Positions 47,534 to 56,192 of a stretch of 64,000 nucleotides of DNA are shown piece by piece. Where the stretch lies: assembly GCA_016125375.1 (NCBI GenBank), contig WGLU01000003.1:36954-100953 (forward strand), read 5' to 3'. Source of the stretch: Pseudomonadota bacterium. Its GTDB lineage: Bacteria > Pseudomonadota > Alphaproteobacteria > UBA1280 > RI-95. Positions within the stretch are counted from its first letter, which is position 1; each line of letters opens with the position of its first letter. The position numbers and the translations under genes are program-made. The notes under the pieces were generated by a model. It was not told where the DNA came from. It made no database searches and saw only the letters and a program-made list of their open reading frames with translations.

Positions 47534-47971
47534 CTAGCAACCGGTGTTGGTGTCGGTGTCGCCCACCAGCTCGGCCCAGGCCTTGTCGGCATCGCCATAG
47601 GTCCAGGCGTAGTGGTGGATGGTGTTACCCTGCACCTCGAACACGTAGACCTCGCCGGGCATCAGCACCTCGCCGCTGACCGTGGTCTGCGGGGTGATGA
47701 AGTCGGTCGGCTTGGTGACGTCGGGAGCATCGATGCCGAAGATGGTGTTGCGGCCGGTGGTGCGGATGGTGATTTCCGCCTTGCCGTTCAGGCTGTAGCT
47801 GTGGCGCATCTGGGCGATGAACAGCCGGCGCTTGCTTTTCAGCTTGGGGTCGCTCAACGCTTCCGCCAGGGTTGCCAGAATGTCGACGGGGACGCTCTGT
47901 GCCAGGCTGCTGGCATTGGCGAAAGTGTTCAGCACGGCCATCGGGCCGATGTGAATGATGGTGGCAGTCAT
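47534..47971 (-). CDS. Hypothetical protein inserted between ffs and dnaX
   Basis: 145 aa, GAAGGA SD, GC3-biased codons. Confidence 0.65.
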   Translation of the reverse strand: MTATIIHIGPMAVLNTFANASSLAQSVPVDILATLAEALSDPKLKSKRRLFIAQMRHSYSLNGKAEITIRTTGRNTIFGIDAPDVTKPTDFITPQTTVSGEVLMPGEVYVFEVQGNTIHHYAWTYGDADKAWAELVGDTDTNTGC

Positions 47972-48158
47972 GGAACTGTCCTTCAGAGTTGAGGTACGAA
48001 AAAGGCACGGGAAAGGTGTTGCTAAAAGGTTAGCCCAGCACATCTAGTGTAAAAAAAGGGCAATTTCAAGTTTTTCATGTAAAACAGGGCTGCTGATGGG
48101 TGTTTTCGGACGTGTTCTGTGCTAGGATAACCCCCTCAGTTTCAGCGGAGGAAAACCC

Positions 48159-49895
48159 ATGTCCGATATGTTTGGCGGCCTGCCGGAAGATAAAGGCGGT
48201 AAGGAGTATCTGGTCCTTGCCCGCAAGTACCGTCCGCAAACCTTTGCCGACCTTAAAGGGCAAGAGGCGCTGGTCACCACCCTGACCAATGCCATCAAGG
48301 CCAACCGCATTCACCACGCGTATGTGCTCACGGGTATTCGCGGCGTGGGCAAAACCACAACTGCACGCATCATGGCCAAGGCACTCAACTGCGAGGGCGG
48401 GCCTGCACCGCAGTGGGCTGCGGAAGACCCCCAATGTACTGCTATTGCCAATGGCCGCCATGTAGACGTGCTGGAGTTTGATGCCGCATCCTATACCGGT
48501 GTGGACGATATTCGCGATCTGTTCGAGGGTGTAGGCTATCAGCCTGTGCAGGGGCGCTACAAAATCTACATCATTGACGAGGTGCACATGCTCTCGCGGC
48601 AGGCGTTCAACGCGCTGCTCAAAACGCTCGAAGAGCCGCCTGCCCACGTCAAGTTCATCTTTGCCACGACCGAGGTGAACAAGATCCCGGTCACAGTGCT
48701 CTCCCGCTGTCAGCGGTTCGACCTGCGCCGCGTGCCCATGCAGGTGTTGCAGCAGCACTTTGGCGAAATCCTGCAGAAAGAAGAGCTACAGGCATCCGAA
48801 GCTGCCCTGACCCTGATTGCCCGCGCGGCGGATGGCTCTGTGCGGGATGGCCTGTCCCTGCTCGACCAGGCCATTGCCTTGGCCGCAGGCCAGCCGATTG
48901 ACGAAGTGCTGGTTACCTCCATGCTCGGCCTTGCCGACAAGGGGCGCCTGTACGACCTGCTGGAAAACCTGCTGACCGGCCAGACCACGCCGGTTGTTGA
49001 AGTATTGGCTGATATGTACAGCCTTGGCCATGACCCGTTGTTGCTGATCAGCGAACTGATGGAGCTTTGTCACCTGCTGACGCGTCTGAAAGCTATTCCA
49101 AAGGCAGCAGAAGCGCCTGACCTGACCGAACTGGACCGCACCCGTGGTGTTGAACTGGCTGCCAAACTGCGGATGGAATCCCTTGCCCGTGCCTATCAGA
49201 TGCTCCTGACGGGCCTGAACGAGGCTAAAAATGCCGTCCGCCCGTTCGAGGCGGTGGAGATGGCCTTTATCCGTATCGCCTATCTGGCACCTGTGCCTGC
49301 GGTGGATATTTTGCTGGGTAAATCCATGCCTGCCGCTGACGCTAGCCCTCAGCCGGAGCAACCCGCTGTAAAAAAGCCTGAACCGCCTATTGCGGCGGCT
49401 CCGCCGCCCATACCTGCCGTGGCCACAGGCCCGGCCCCCTGGGAAGATGATGAACCGGAACCAGCCGTAGAAGAGGTTGTGCCGCAAGAGCAAGTCACAC
49501 CGCAAGCACAGCATGCCGATGGCTTTGCTGACTGGGATGCGCTGGTATCTGCGGTGTCCAAAGCGCGCCCCTATTTGGGGGCGGAGCTCGCTAAAAAAGG
49601 GCGCCCCGTTAAACTGGATGGGCAAAGGTTAGACGTTTATCTACCTGACGCGGGGTTCAAAACGGGGGCGGAGCTGGCAAAAGAACTGGCGACAACGCTA
49701 GAAGGGATGACAGGTTCGCGTTGGCAGGTTAATCTGGCGGCGCAAGCGAACGGTGAAACCGTCAGCGAGAAGAAGGAACGTGTCAAAGTCGAGAAAATCC
49801 GGCAGGCGCGGGAGGCGGAACCGGTCCGCCGCGTGATGAACGCTTTCCCCGGTGCCGATGTGGTAGATGTAATTCAACCTGAAAACGAGGACTAA
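48159..49895 (+). CDS. dnaX: DNA polymerase III subunit gamma/tau
   Basis: YLVLARKYRPQTF, GIRGVGKTT, IIDEVHML, SRCQRFDL; followed by ybaB. Confidence 0.97.
   Translation: MSDMFGGLPEDKGGKEYLVLARKYRPQTFADLKGQEALVTTLTNAIKANRIHHAYVLTGIRGVGKTTTARIMAKALNCEGGPAPQWAAEDPQCTAIANGRHVDVLEFDAASYTGVDDIRDLFEGVGYQPVQGRYKIYIIDEVHMLSRQAFNALLKTLEEPPAHVKFIFATTEVNKIPVTVLSRCQRFDLRRVPMQVLQQHFGEILQKEELQASEAALTLIARAADGSVRDGLSLLDQAIALAAGQPIDEVLVTSMLGLADKGRLYDLLENLLTGQTTPVVEVLADMYSLGHDPLLLISELMELCHLLTRLKAIPKAAEAPDLTELDRTRGVELAAKLRMESLARAYQMLLTGLNEAKNAVRPFEAVEMAFIRIAYLAPVPAVDILLGKSMPAADASPQPEQPAVKKPEPPIAAAPPPIPAVATGPAPWEDDEPEPAVEEVVPQEQVTPQAQHADGFADWDALVSAVSKARPYLGAELAKKGRPVKLDGQRLDVYLPDAGFKTGAELAKELATTLEGMTGSRWQVNLAAQANGETVSEKKERVKVEKIRQAREAEPVRRVMNAFPGADVVDVIQPENED
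49355..49408 (+). other. Putative programmed -1 ribosomal frameshift signal in dnaX
   Basis: GGAG(49355-58), 11-nt spacer, in-frame A AAA AAG(49370-76), -1 frame GCC TGA, GC hairpin downstream. Confidence 0.75.
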
Positions 49896-49899
49896 AGAG

Positions 49900-50223
49900 A
49901 TGATGAAGGGTATGAAGGATATGGCCTCCATGATGCGGCAGGCCCAGCAGATGAAAAAAGACATGGCCACCATGCAGGCCAAGCTGGATGAGCTGACCAT
50001 GGACGGTACCGCTGCCGGCGGTAAAGTAACCGTGACCATGAGTGGTAAAATGCTGGTTCGTGGTGTGAAAATCGACACGGCACTGGTAGATGCCGACGAT
50101 GTTGAAACATTGGAAGACCTGATTGCAGCCGCGACGAACGATGCCCTGACCAAAGTGCAGGACTACGTAAACGGCGAAGTACAAAAAATCACTGGCGGTC
50201 TGGGCGGCGGTCTGCTGGGCTGA
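49900..50223 (+). CDS. ybaB: YbaB/EbfC nucleoid-associated protein
   Basis: MMRQAQQM, G.A.GG.VTV..SG, LEDLIAAA.NDA. Confidence 0.93.
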   Translation: MMKGMKDMASMMRQAQQMKKDMATMQAKLDELTMDGTAAGGKVTVTMSGKMLVRGVKIDTALVDADDVETLEDLIAAATNDALTKVQDYVNGEVQKITGGLGGGLLG

Positions 50224-50240
50224 CCTTGAACAGTGCCCAT

Positions 50241-50269
50241 AAAAAACGCCGCCCTTTCGGGCGGCGTTT
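50241..50269. terminator. Bidirectional terminator
   Basis: aaacgccgccc-tttc-gggcggcgttt. Confidence 0.8.
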
Positions 50270-50275
50270 CGTTTG

Positions 50276-50617
50276 TCAGGACACAAAGTCCTCCAGCTTC
50301 TGGCTGTGGGTGAATCCCAGTTCTTCCAGCTCGGCGATGATGTCGTCACGGCTCAGGCCGGTCATCTCGCTGTAGCTGTCCTCGGTCATTTCACCGTAGT
50401 TGGCGGGTAGGATATTCTCCAGCGCCATGTAGCTGTCGTACAGGTGGCCGTTGCCCTTCCAGTAGCTTTCGGGGCAGAAGGTGACGACGGTTTCGCCATC
50501 CTGTTCAGTCACGGCGAAGAGGAACTCCTCGGCTTCGATTTCCTCGGCCCAGAGCATCTCGTCATCGTTGTCGGTGTCAAAGTCGGTGTCGTCCCACGGA
50601 CGGGGGGTGCGGGTCAT
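50276..50617 (-). CDS. Small highly acidic hypothetical protein
   Basis: 113 aa, AGGGAG SD; 30 Asp/Glu vs 5 Lys/Arg by hand count. Confidence 0.75.
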   Translation of the reverse strand: MTRTPRPWDDTDFDTDNDDEMLWAEEIEAEEFLFAVTEQDGETVVTFCPESYWKGNGHLYDSYMALENILPANYGEMTEDSYSEMTGLSRDDIIAELEELGFTHSQKLEDFVS

Positions 50618-50750
50618 GGCCGTCTCCCTTGGGGTGGGGCAAAAGGTAAACAAAGGTAAGGTATCAACTGTTTTGCCACCTTATCATGGCAAGGCAGGAC
50701 GATAAATCGTATAATGGCCGCCTGATTGACGACAAAAAGGGGCCTCTGCC

Positions 50751-51107
50751 GTGCTGACTATCTACCACAACCCCCGTTGCAGCAAATCCCGCCAGACACT
50801 GGCGCTGATTGAAGACAGCAAAACACCACACACGACGGTGCTTTATCTGGATACACCACCCGCGGCAGTTATTCTGGAGCGCGCTCTTGCCATCCTCGGG
50901 CGTGACGTAATGCTCCGTACCGGTGAAGACGCTTATAAAGAACATATCAAAGACAAAAATCTGAGTGAGGCCGCTTTGGCAGCGCTGATGGTTGAACACC
51001 CAAGTATCATTGAACGCCCGCTGGTTGTGGCGGATGATGGCCGCATGGTGATGGGGCGCCCGCCCGAAAATGTGGCTCCCCTGCTGAAAGGAGCAAAAAG
51101 CGCATGA
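50751..51107 (+). CDS. arsC: ArsC-family (glutaredoxin-type arsenate reductase-like) protein
   Basis: IYHNPRCSKSR, IERP, GRPPE. Confidence 0.88.
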   Translation: MLTIYHNPRCSKSRQTLALIEDSKTPHTTVLYLDTPPAAVILERALAILGRDVMLRTGEDAYKEHIKDKNLSEAALAALMVEHPSIIERPLVVADDGRMVMGRPPENVAPLLKGAKSA

Positions 51108-51694
51108 TTCCCGCCCCGTTGGAGCATTTGATGAAGCAGCTTTCCCGCCTGCCGGGTTTGGGGCCGCGCAGTGCCCGCCGGGCTGCGCTGCACCTGATGG
51201 TCAGCCCCAGCGCCATGGGTAACCTGGCCCACGCGATGGAAGAAGTGGCCCGTCAGGTCACCACCTGCACCACCTGTGGCAACGTGGACTTGACCGACCC
51301 CTGCAACATTTGTACGGATGCCAAGCGCGACGGCAGCCTGCTGTGTGTGGTGGAAGGTGTTTCTGACCTGTGGGCGATGGAGCGCTCGGGGGCGTTTAAT
51401 GGCCGCTATCATGTGCTGGGTGGCCTGTTGAGCGCGCTGGAAGGCGTTGGACCGGATGATCTGCGCCTCGGTCAGCTCCTTGCCCGTGTTGAGGGCGGGG
51501 TGGTCAGTGAGGTGATTCTGGCACTGTCCGCCAGTGTGGAAGGGCAGACAACCGGACACTTTATCGCCGAGAAACTCAAACCACACGGTGTGAAGGTGTC
51601 CATGCTTGCGAAAGGCATGCCTATGGGCGCCGATGTGGATTATATGGACGAGGGCACGCTCAACCTTGCCCTCACAGGAAGGATGGCTGTCTGA
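51104..51694 (+). CDS. recR: Recombination mediator RecR
   Basis: LPGLGPRSARR, CxxC...CxxC, CVVE, YHVLGG, EGQTT, DYMDEGTL. Confidence 0.96.
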   Translation: MIPAPLEHLMKQLSRLPGLGPRSARRAALHLMVSPSAMGNLAHAMEEVARQVTTCTTCGNVDLTDPCNICTDAKRDGSLLCVVEGVSDLWAMERSGAFNGRYHVLGGLLSALEGVGPDDLRLGQLLARVEGGVVSEVILALSASVEGQTTGHFIAEKLKPHGVKVSMLAKGMPMGADVDYMDEGTLNLALTGRMAV

Positions 51695-52245
51695 TGCCGT
51701 TGCTCGAAACCCCTGTTTGCAATTTTGGAACACCTGCGCCGGATTTTTCCCTCAAGGGGGTTGACGGTAAAACCTATACGCTGGCGGATGTGCGCGGGCC
51801 AAACGGCCTGCTGGTGATGTTCATCTGCAACCATTGTCCGTTTGTAAAGGCCGTTGCTGACCGCCTGCCGGAAGATGTTGCCGAACTGCAGAAGGCTGGA
51901 GTTGGTGTAATCGCCATTAATAGCAATGACACGGTTGCGTATCCGGAAGATGACTTTGAACATATGAAAAAATTCTCCGCACAGCATGGATTTAATTTTC
52001 CGTATGCGATAGATGAGACGCAGGCTATCGGCAGGGCTTACGGCGCTGTCTGCACGCCGGATTTTTTCGGTTATAACCACAAAATGGAACTGCAATACCG
52101 AGGCCGTCTGGACGATGCCGGGCGTAACCCGCGTTCTGCCGCCAACAAGCGTGAGCTGGTGGACGCGATGCTCTGGGTTGCCGAGTCTGGCCATGGGCCA
52201 AAGGAACAAACGCCCAGTATGGGCTGTTCCATTAAATGGAAATAA
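51694..52245 (+). CDS. Thioredoxin-fold AhpC/TSA family protein
   Basis: MFICNHCPFV, AVCTPDFF, YRGRLDD, PSMGCSIKWK. Confidence 0.9.
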   Translation: MPLLETPVCNFGTPAPDFSLKGVDGKTYTLADVRGPNGLLVMFICNHCPFVKAVADRLPEDVAELQKAGVGVIAINSNDTVAYPEDDFEHMKKFSAQHGFNFPYAIDETQAIGRAYGAVCTPDFFGYNHKMELQYRGRLDDAGRNPRSAANKRELVDAMLWVAESGHGPKEQTPSMGCSIKWK

Positions 52246-52409
52246 AGGCGGGACTTGCTCTTTGGGCGACTTTTACGCCGTCTGTGTTGCTGTGCTGCTC
52301 ACGTACGTGCCTGTACGCTGCGCTGCTCGCGCCGTGACGGCGCAAAAATTCATCCCAAATCCCGGCGCCCGTCTGGTTTGGTAAAAGATGCAAAGAGGAG
52401 TCTATAAAG

Positions 52410-53192
52410 ATGCTCAACGGTAAATACGCACTTGTCACAGGCTCGACCAGCGGGATTGGTCTGGCAACAGCACGCGCCCTAGCAGGGGAAGGTGCGCACA
52501 TCATCCTCAACGGGTTTGGGGATGCCAAGCAGATTGCCAAGCTCCGTAAGGACATGGCCGAGGAGTTCGGCGTCAAAGTTGCCTTTTCCGATGCGGACAT
52601 GAGCCGCTCCGACCACATTGACCTGATGTTCGAGCAGCTTTCGGAGTCTATCCCGCAGATTGATATTCTGGTCAATAACGTGGGCATTCAGCATACCGCA
52701 CCGATTGACGAGTTCCCGGTAGAAAAATGGGACGCCATTCTGGCTATCAACCTGTCGTCCTCCTTCCACACCATGCGCCATGTCATCCCTGGCATGCGGG
52801 AACGTAAATGGGGTCGTATTATCAATATCGCCAGCACCCACGGTCTGGTCGCATCCGTCAATAAGTCCGCTTATGTGGCTGCCAAGCACGGCATCATCGG
52901 CCTGACAAAAGTCGCCGCGCTGGAGCTGGCCGAAAGCGGTGTGACCTGTAACGCCATTTGCCCCGGTTGGGTGCGCACGCCGCTGGTGGAAAAGCAGATT
53001 GAAGCCCGCGCCAAAGCCAAGGGTATGGAAATTGAAGAGGCAGCCCGTGATCTGTTGATGGAAAAGCAACCTACCGGCCGTTTTATTAAACCGGAGGATA
53101 TTGGTGGTATGGCCGTATTTCTGACCAGCCCACACGCCGCAGGCGTGACGGGGAGTGTCTATGTTCTAGATGGCGGCTGGACGGCTCAATAG
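52410..53192 (+). CDS. bdhA: 3-hydroxybutyrate dehydrogenase
   Basis: VTGSTSGIG, LNGFG, GIQH, HGLVAS.NKSAYVAAKHG, TPLVEKQI, EKQP, DGGWTAQ. Confidence 0.93.
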   Translation: MLNGKYALVTGSTSGIGLATARALAGEGAHIILNGFGDAKQIAKLRKDMAEEFGVKVAFSDADMSRSDHIDLMFEQLSESIPQIDILVNNVGIQHTAPIDEFPVEKWDAILAINLSSSFHTMRHVIPGMRERKWGRIINIASTHGLVASVNKSAYVAAKHGIIGLTKVAALELAESGVTCNAICPGWVRTPLVEKQIEARAKAKGMEIEEAARDLLMEKQPTGRFIKPEDIGGMAVFLTSPHAAGVTGSVYVLDGGWTAQ

Positions 53193-53211
53193 TAGAGGTC
53201 CACGCATGGAT

Positions 53212-53245
53212 AAAAGGAAAGCCCTCTCGCGAGGGCTTTCCTTTT
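53212..53245. terminator. Bidirectional terminator
   Basis: aaaaggaaagccctc-tcgc-gagggctttcctttt. Confidence 0.9.
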
Positions 53246-53252
53246 GAGCGCA

Positions 53253-53750
53253 TTACTTTAGCAGTTCATCCAGCACCGTACGGTAGACTGGCTTACGGAA
53301 GGCAATGGTCAGTTCGACAATTTCAGCGGCGGGGCGCCATGCCCAGCTGTCAAACTCGTGGTCGTGGGCTTTGGTCAGGTCAATGGTGCTATCGTCGCCC
53401 ACATAGTCGAACAGGAACCATTTCTGGCACTGGCCGACGAGGCCCATTTTCTCCAGACGGGACCCTTTAAGCAGCTCTTGGGGCAGGTTGTAGCCAATCC
53501 AGTCCGGCATTTCCTTGACCAGTTTCAGGTCGGTGGCGGGGATGCCTGTTTCTTCAAAAAACTCGCGGAGGGCAGCGTCCAGCGGATTTTCACCCTCATC
53601 AATGCCCCCTTGCGGCAGTTGCCAGGCACCGGGCTTGCCCGCACGTTCTGCTGTAAAAACAAGCCCTTTGCGGTTGCGGACCACAAGGCCTGCGTTGGGG
53701 CGGTATCTGCTGGTATCAGGGGTTGGCGTGCGGTGAATCGGTGTCGTCAC
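53253..53750 (-). CDS. rppH: RNA pyrophosphohydrolase
   Basis: YRPNAG, WQLPQGGIDEGE...AALREFFEETG, GQ.QKWF, EFDSWAW. Confidence 0.92.
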   Translation of the reverse strand: MTTPIHRTPTPDTSRYRPNAGLVVRNRKGLVFTAERAGKPGAWQLPQGGIDEGENPLDAALREFFEETGIPATDLKLVKEMPDWIGYNLPQELLKGSRLEKMGLVGQCQKWFLFDYVGDDSTIDLTKAHDHEFDSWAWRPAAEIVELTIAFRKPVYRTVLDELLK

Positions 53751-54810
53751 GAGGTGCTTGCTCCAGTCGTATCATTTCCGTAATCGGAACAAGGTAGATG
53801 CCCTTTTCGGCCAGTGTCGGTATCCACTTCTGCAGCGCCTCGATGGTGCGCGGATGCGGGTGGCCGATGGCAATTACCTTGCCGTGCGTTTTGGCGCGCG
53901 CTTCTATGTGTGCCAAAGCCTGCTCAAGGTGCGGCATATCTTCGTAATGGTCAATAAAAACATCCCGTTCCAGCAGGGGGAGCGCCAGTCCTTGTGCGGC
54001 CGTCTTAACCTCTGACTTGCCGGTGGTCAGGCTGTCCATGAAAAACAGTCCCAGCTTGTCTGCCAGTTCCAGTACAGGGCGCATGGCACCACGGTTGCCG
54101 GTAAAGCGGCTGCCCATATGGTTATTGATGCCCACAATCAACGGCAGCAGGTCCTTAAGGTTCACCTCGGTCTTACTCACAATCTCAGCGGCACTTTGTT
54201 CGATAAAGAGTGCGTTCGGACCAGGGTCAATTTGGATGGTGCCGTGTTCGTCTCCTGTACGGGGGAGGGGCTCCATTGGCAGGTGGAGCATAATCTCGTG
54301 CCCTTTTTCCTTGGCCTCACGGGATTGTTTCTCGGTACCGTGGCCATAGGGCAGGAAGGAGAGTGTCACTTCCGGCGGCATGGTCTGGACCATTTTCTCG
54401 GACTGCTCGACGTTCACACCCATATCGTCAATCACAATCGCTACACGTTTGGCATCCGCGGGCAAACTTGGGGGAGGTGCCGCGTGGGTCATCCACAGCG
54501 GGGTGGGGCGCGCATCAACAGCCGCACCGGAGGGTGTAACCGGTGCCATATGTGCGGGCTGCATGGGGCTAATGGCTGTCTCGGCAATGCCGGACTCCTG
54601 AAAGTGCAGTTCCTCAATAACCTTGTCCCACGGCACAACAACGTTGGCAGCGTTGCCGGGCAGGCCGAGGGGCGTTTCCCGCGAGGCAGCTATGGCAGCC
54701 TCTTCCTTGCGGTGACGCTCTGCCATCACCCACCACGTCAGCACGCTGGCTGCGAGGAGGGTGAGGGCACCCACCGTTCCTGCAAGGATATGGTGGGGGC
54801 GGAGGTTCAT
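53716..54810 (-). CDS. Divergent polysaccharide deacetylase (YibQ-like)
   Basis: AIVIDDMG, LSFLPY, GHEIMLHLPMEP, NNHMGS, DVFID, IAIGHP. Confidence 0.92.
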   Translation of the reverse strand: MNLRPHHILAGTVGALTLLAASVLTWWVMAERHRKEEAAIAASRETPLGLPGNAANVVVPWDKVIEELHFQESGIAETAISPMQPAHMAPVTPSGAAVDARPTPLWMTHAAPPPSLPADAKRVAIVIDDMGVNVEQSEKMVQTMPPEVTLSFLPYGHGTEKQSREAKEKGHEIMLHLPMEPLPRTGDEHGTIQIDPGPNALFIEQSAAEIVSKTEVNLKDLLPLIVGINNHMGSRFTGNRGAMRPVLELADKLGLFFMDSLTTGKSEVKTAAQGLALPLLERDVFIDHYEDMPHLEQALAHIEARAKTHGKVIAIGHPHPRTIEALQKWIPTLAEKGIYLVPITEMIRLEQAPRDDTDSPHANP

Positions 54811-56147
54811 TAGGAGGCGTCTCTCTGTTTCCAGATGCTCAGAGCTTTAACAACGCCCAGCGCACGGTCGAGCTGGTAATCAAACGGTGCGTCTTCGGCT
54901 GCATCGGCCTTGTCTTTACCGTCTTTGTCCTTTTTGGCGCTCTTGTCTTTTTTGCCGGGCTTCTTGTCAGCTTTATCGTCGGCCTTTTTCTTGTCGTCAC
55001 GGTTCACTTCGATGTGACCGCGCAGGTTGGCCTCGCTGACATATTCGCTGGCAGACTGCTCTTTAATCTCGGCCGGTTTGACCTCGATGTCCGGTACGAT
55101 ACCGGTGGCCTGAATCGAACGGCCGGACGGTGTGTAGTACAGGGCAGTGGTCAGGCGCATACCGGCGCCACCGGGCAGGGAGATAATGGTTTGCACCGAG
55201 CCTTTACCGAAGGATTTTGTACCCATGATGACCGCACGTTTGTGGTCTTGCAGAGCGCCGGAGACGATCTCGGAGGCCGAGGCGCTGCCGCCGTTAATCA
55301 GGACCACCATTGGTGCGCCTTTAATAACGTCGCCCTCTTTGGCGTAGTTGCGGCTGTTCTGGCCTTCAATACGGCCCTTGGTGGAAACAATCTCGCCCTT
55401 GTCCAAGAAGGCATCGGCAAGGTAGATGGCCTGTGTCAGCAAACCACCCGGGTTGTTACGCAGGTCAAGCACCAGGCCGTTCAGGTCTTTGCCGCCATTG
55501 TCGGCTACCAGTTCTTTCATGGCTTTGGGCAGCAGCTCTTCCACCTGTTCGTTGAAGGTGGAGACGCGCACGTAACCGATACCGCCATCCTTCAGGTCCC
55601 AGCGCACGGAACGGATTTTGATTTTGTCGCGGACGATGGTTACGTCAAAGGTGCGTTTTTCTTCTTCGCGGAAAATCTTCAGGTTGATTTTGGTGCCGAT
55701 AGGCCCGCGCATTTTTTCCACGGCATCGTTCAGGGTCATGCCTTGCACGTCTTCACCGTCGATCTGGATGATCATGTCGCCCGACTCAAGGCCTGCGCGG
55801 TCGGCAGGGGTATCTTCGATGGGGCTGACAATTTTAACAACGCCGCTTTCCATGGTGACTTCAATGCCCAGACCACCAAACTCACCTTTGGTTTGTTCAC
55901 GCATGTTGTCGTAGGATTCCGGCGGCATATAAGAGGAGTGGGGATCCAGCGAGGTCAGCAGGCCGCTGATGGCAGCTTCGATGAGCTTTGTCTCGGAAAC
56001 CTCTTCCACATAGTTGGTGCGCACCTTCTCAAAAACGTGGGCCAGCAGGTCGAGCTGACGGTAAATGTCGCGGCTGGTGGCCTGCGCATTTTGCGCACCG
56101 ACTACTGTAAAAACGCTCAAAACGGTGAGAAGGAGAATGCGTTTCAT
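54810..56147 (-). CDS. ctpA: Carboxy-terminal processing protease (S41)
   Basis: LDPHSSY, GEFGGLGIEV (PDZ), LDLRNNPGG, SASASEI, FGKGSVQ. Confidence 0.95.
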   Translation of the reverse strand: MKRILLLTVLSVFTVVGAQNAQATSRDIYRQLDLLAHVFEKVRTNYVEEVSETKLIEAAISGLLTSLDPHSSYMPPESYDNMREQTKGEFGGLGIEVTMESGVVKIVSPIEDTPADRAGLESGDMIIQIDGEDVQGMTLNDAVEKMRGPIGTKINLKIFREEEKRTFDVTIVRDKIKIRSVRWDLKDGGIGYVRVSTFNEQVEELLPKAMKELVADNGGKDLNGLVLDLRNNPGGLLTQAIYLADAFLDKGEIVSTKGRIEGQNSRNYAKEGDVIKGAPMVVLINGGSASASEIVSGALQDHKRAVIMGTKSFGKGSVQTIISLPGGAGMRLTTALYYTPSGRSIQATGIVPDIEVKPAEIKEQSASEYVSEANLRGHIEVNRDDKKKADDKADKKPGKKDKSAKKDKDGKDKADAAEDAPFDYQLDRALGVVKALSIWKQRDAS

Positions 56148-56192
56148 GAAAAGGCGTCCTGTTTATTATCTGTTTTGACGGGCGTACCCGTT

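Noticed and set aside
49592..49600. Second A6G run in dnaX, and A-runs in rplU, rpmA and obgE
   Set aside because: Not phased as A AAA AAG, or lacking the SD, hairpin and immediate -1 stop
52410..53192. SDR as the missing phaB
   Set aside because: Motifs (GIQH, NKSAYVAAKHG, EKQP) fit 3-hydroxybutyrate dehydrogenase, not acetoacetyl-CoA reductase
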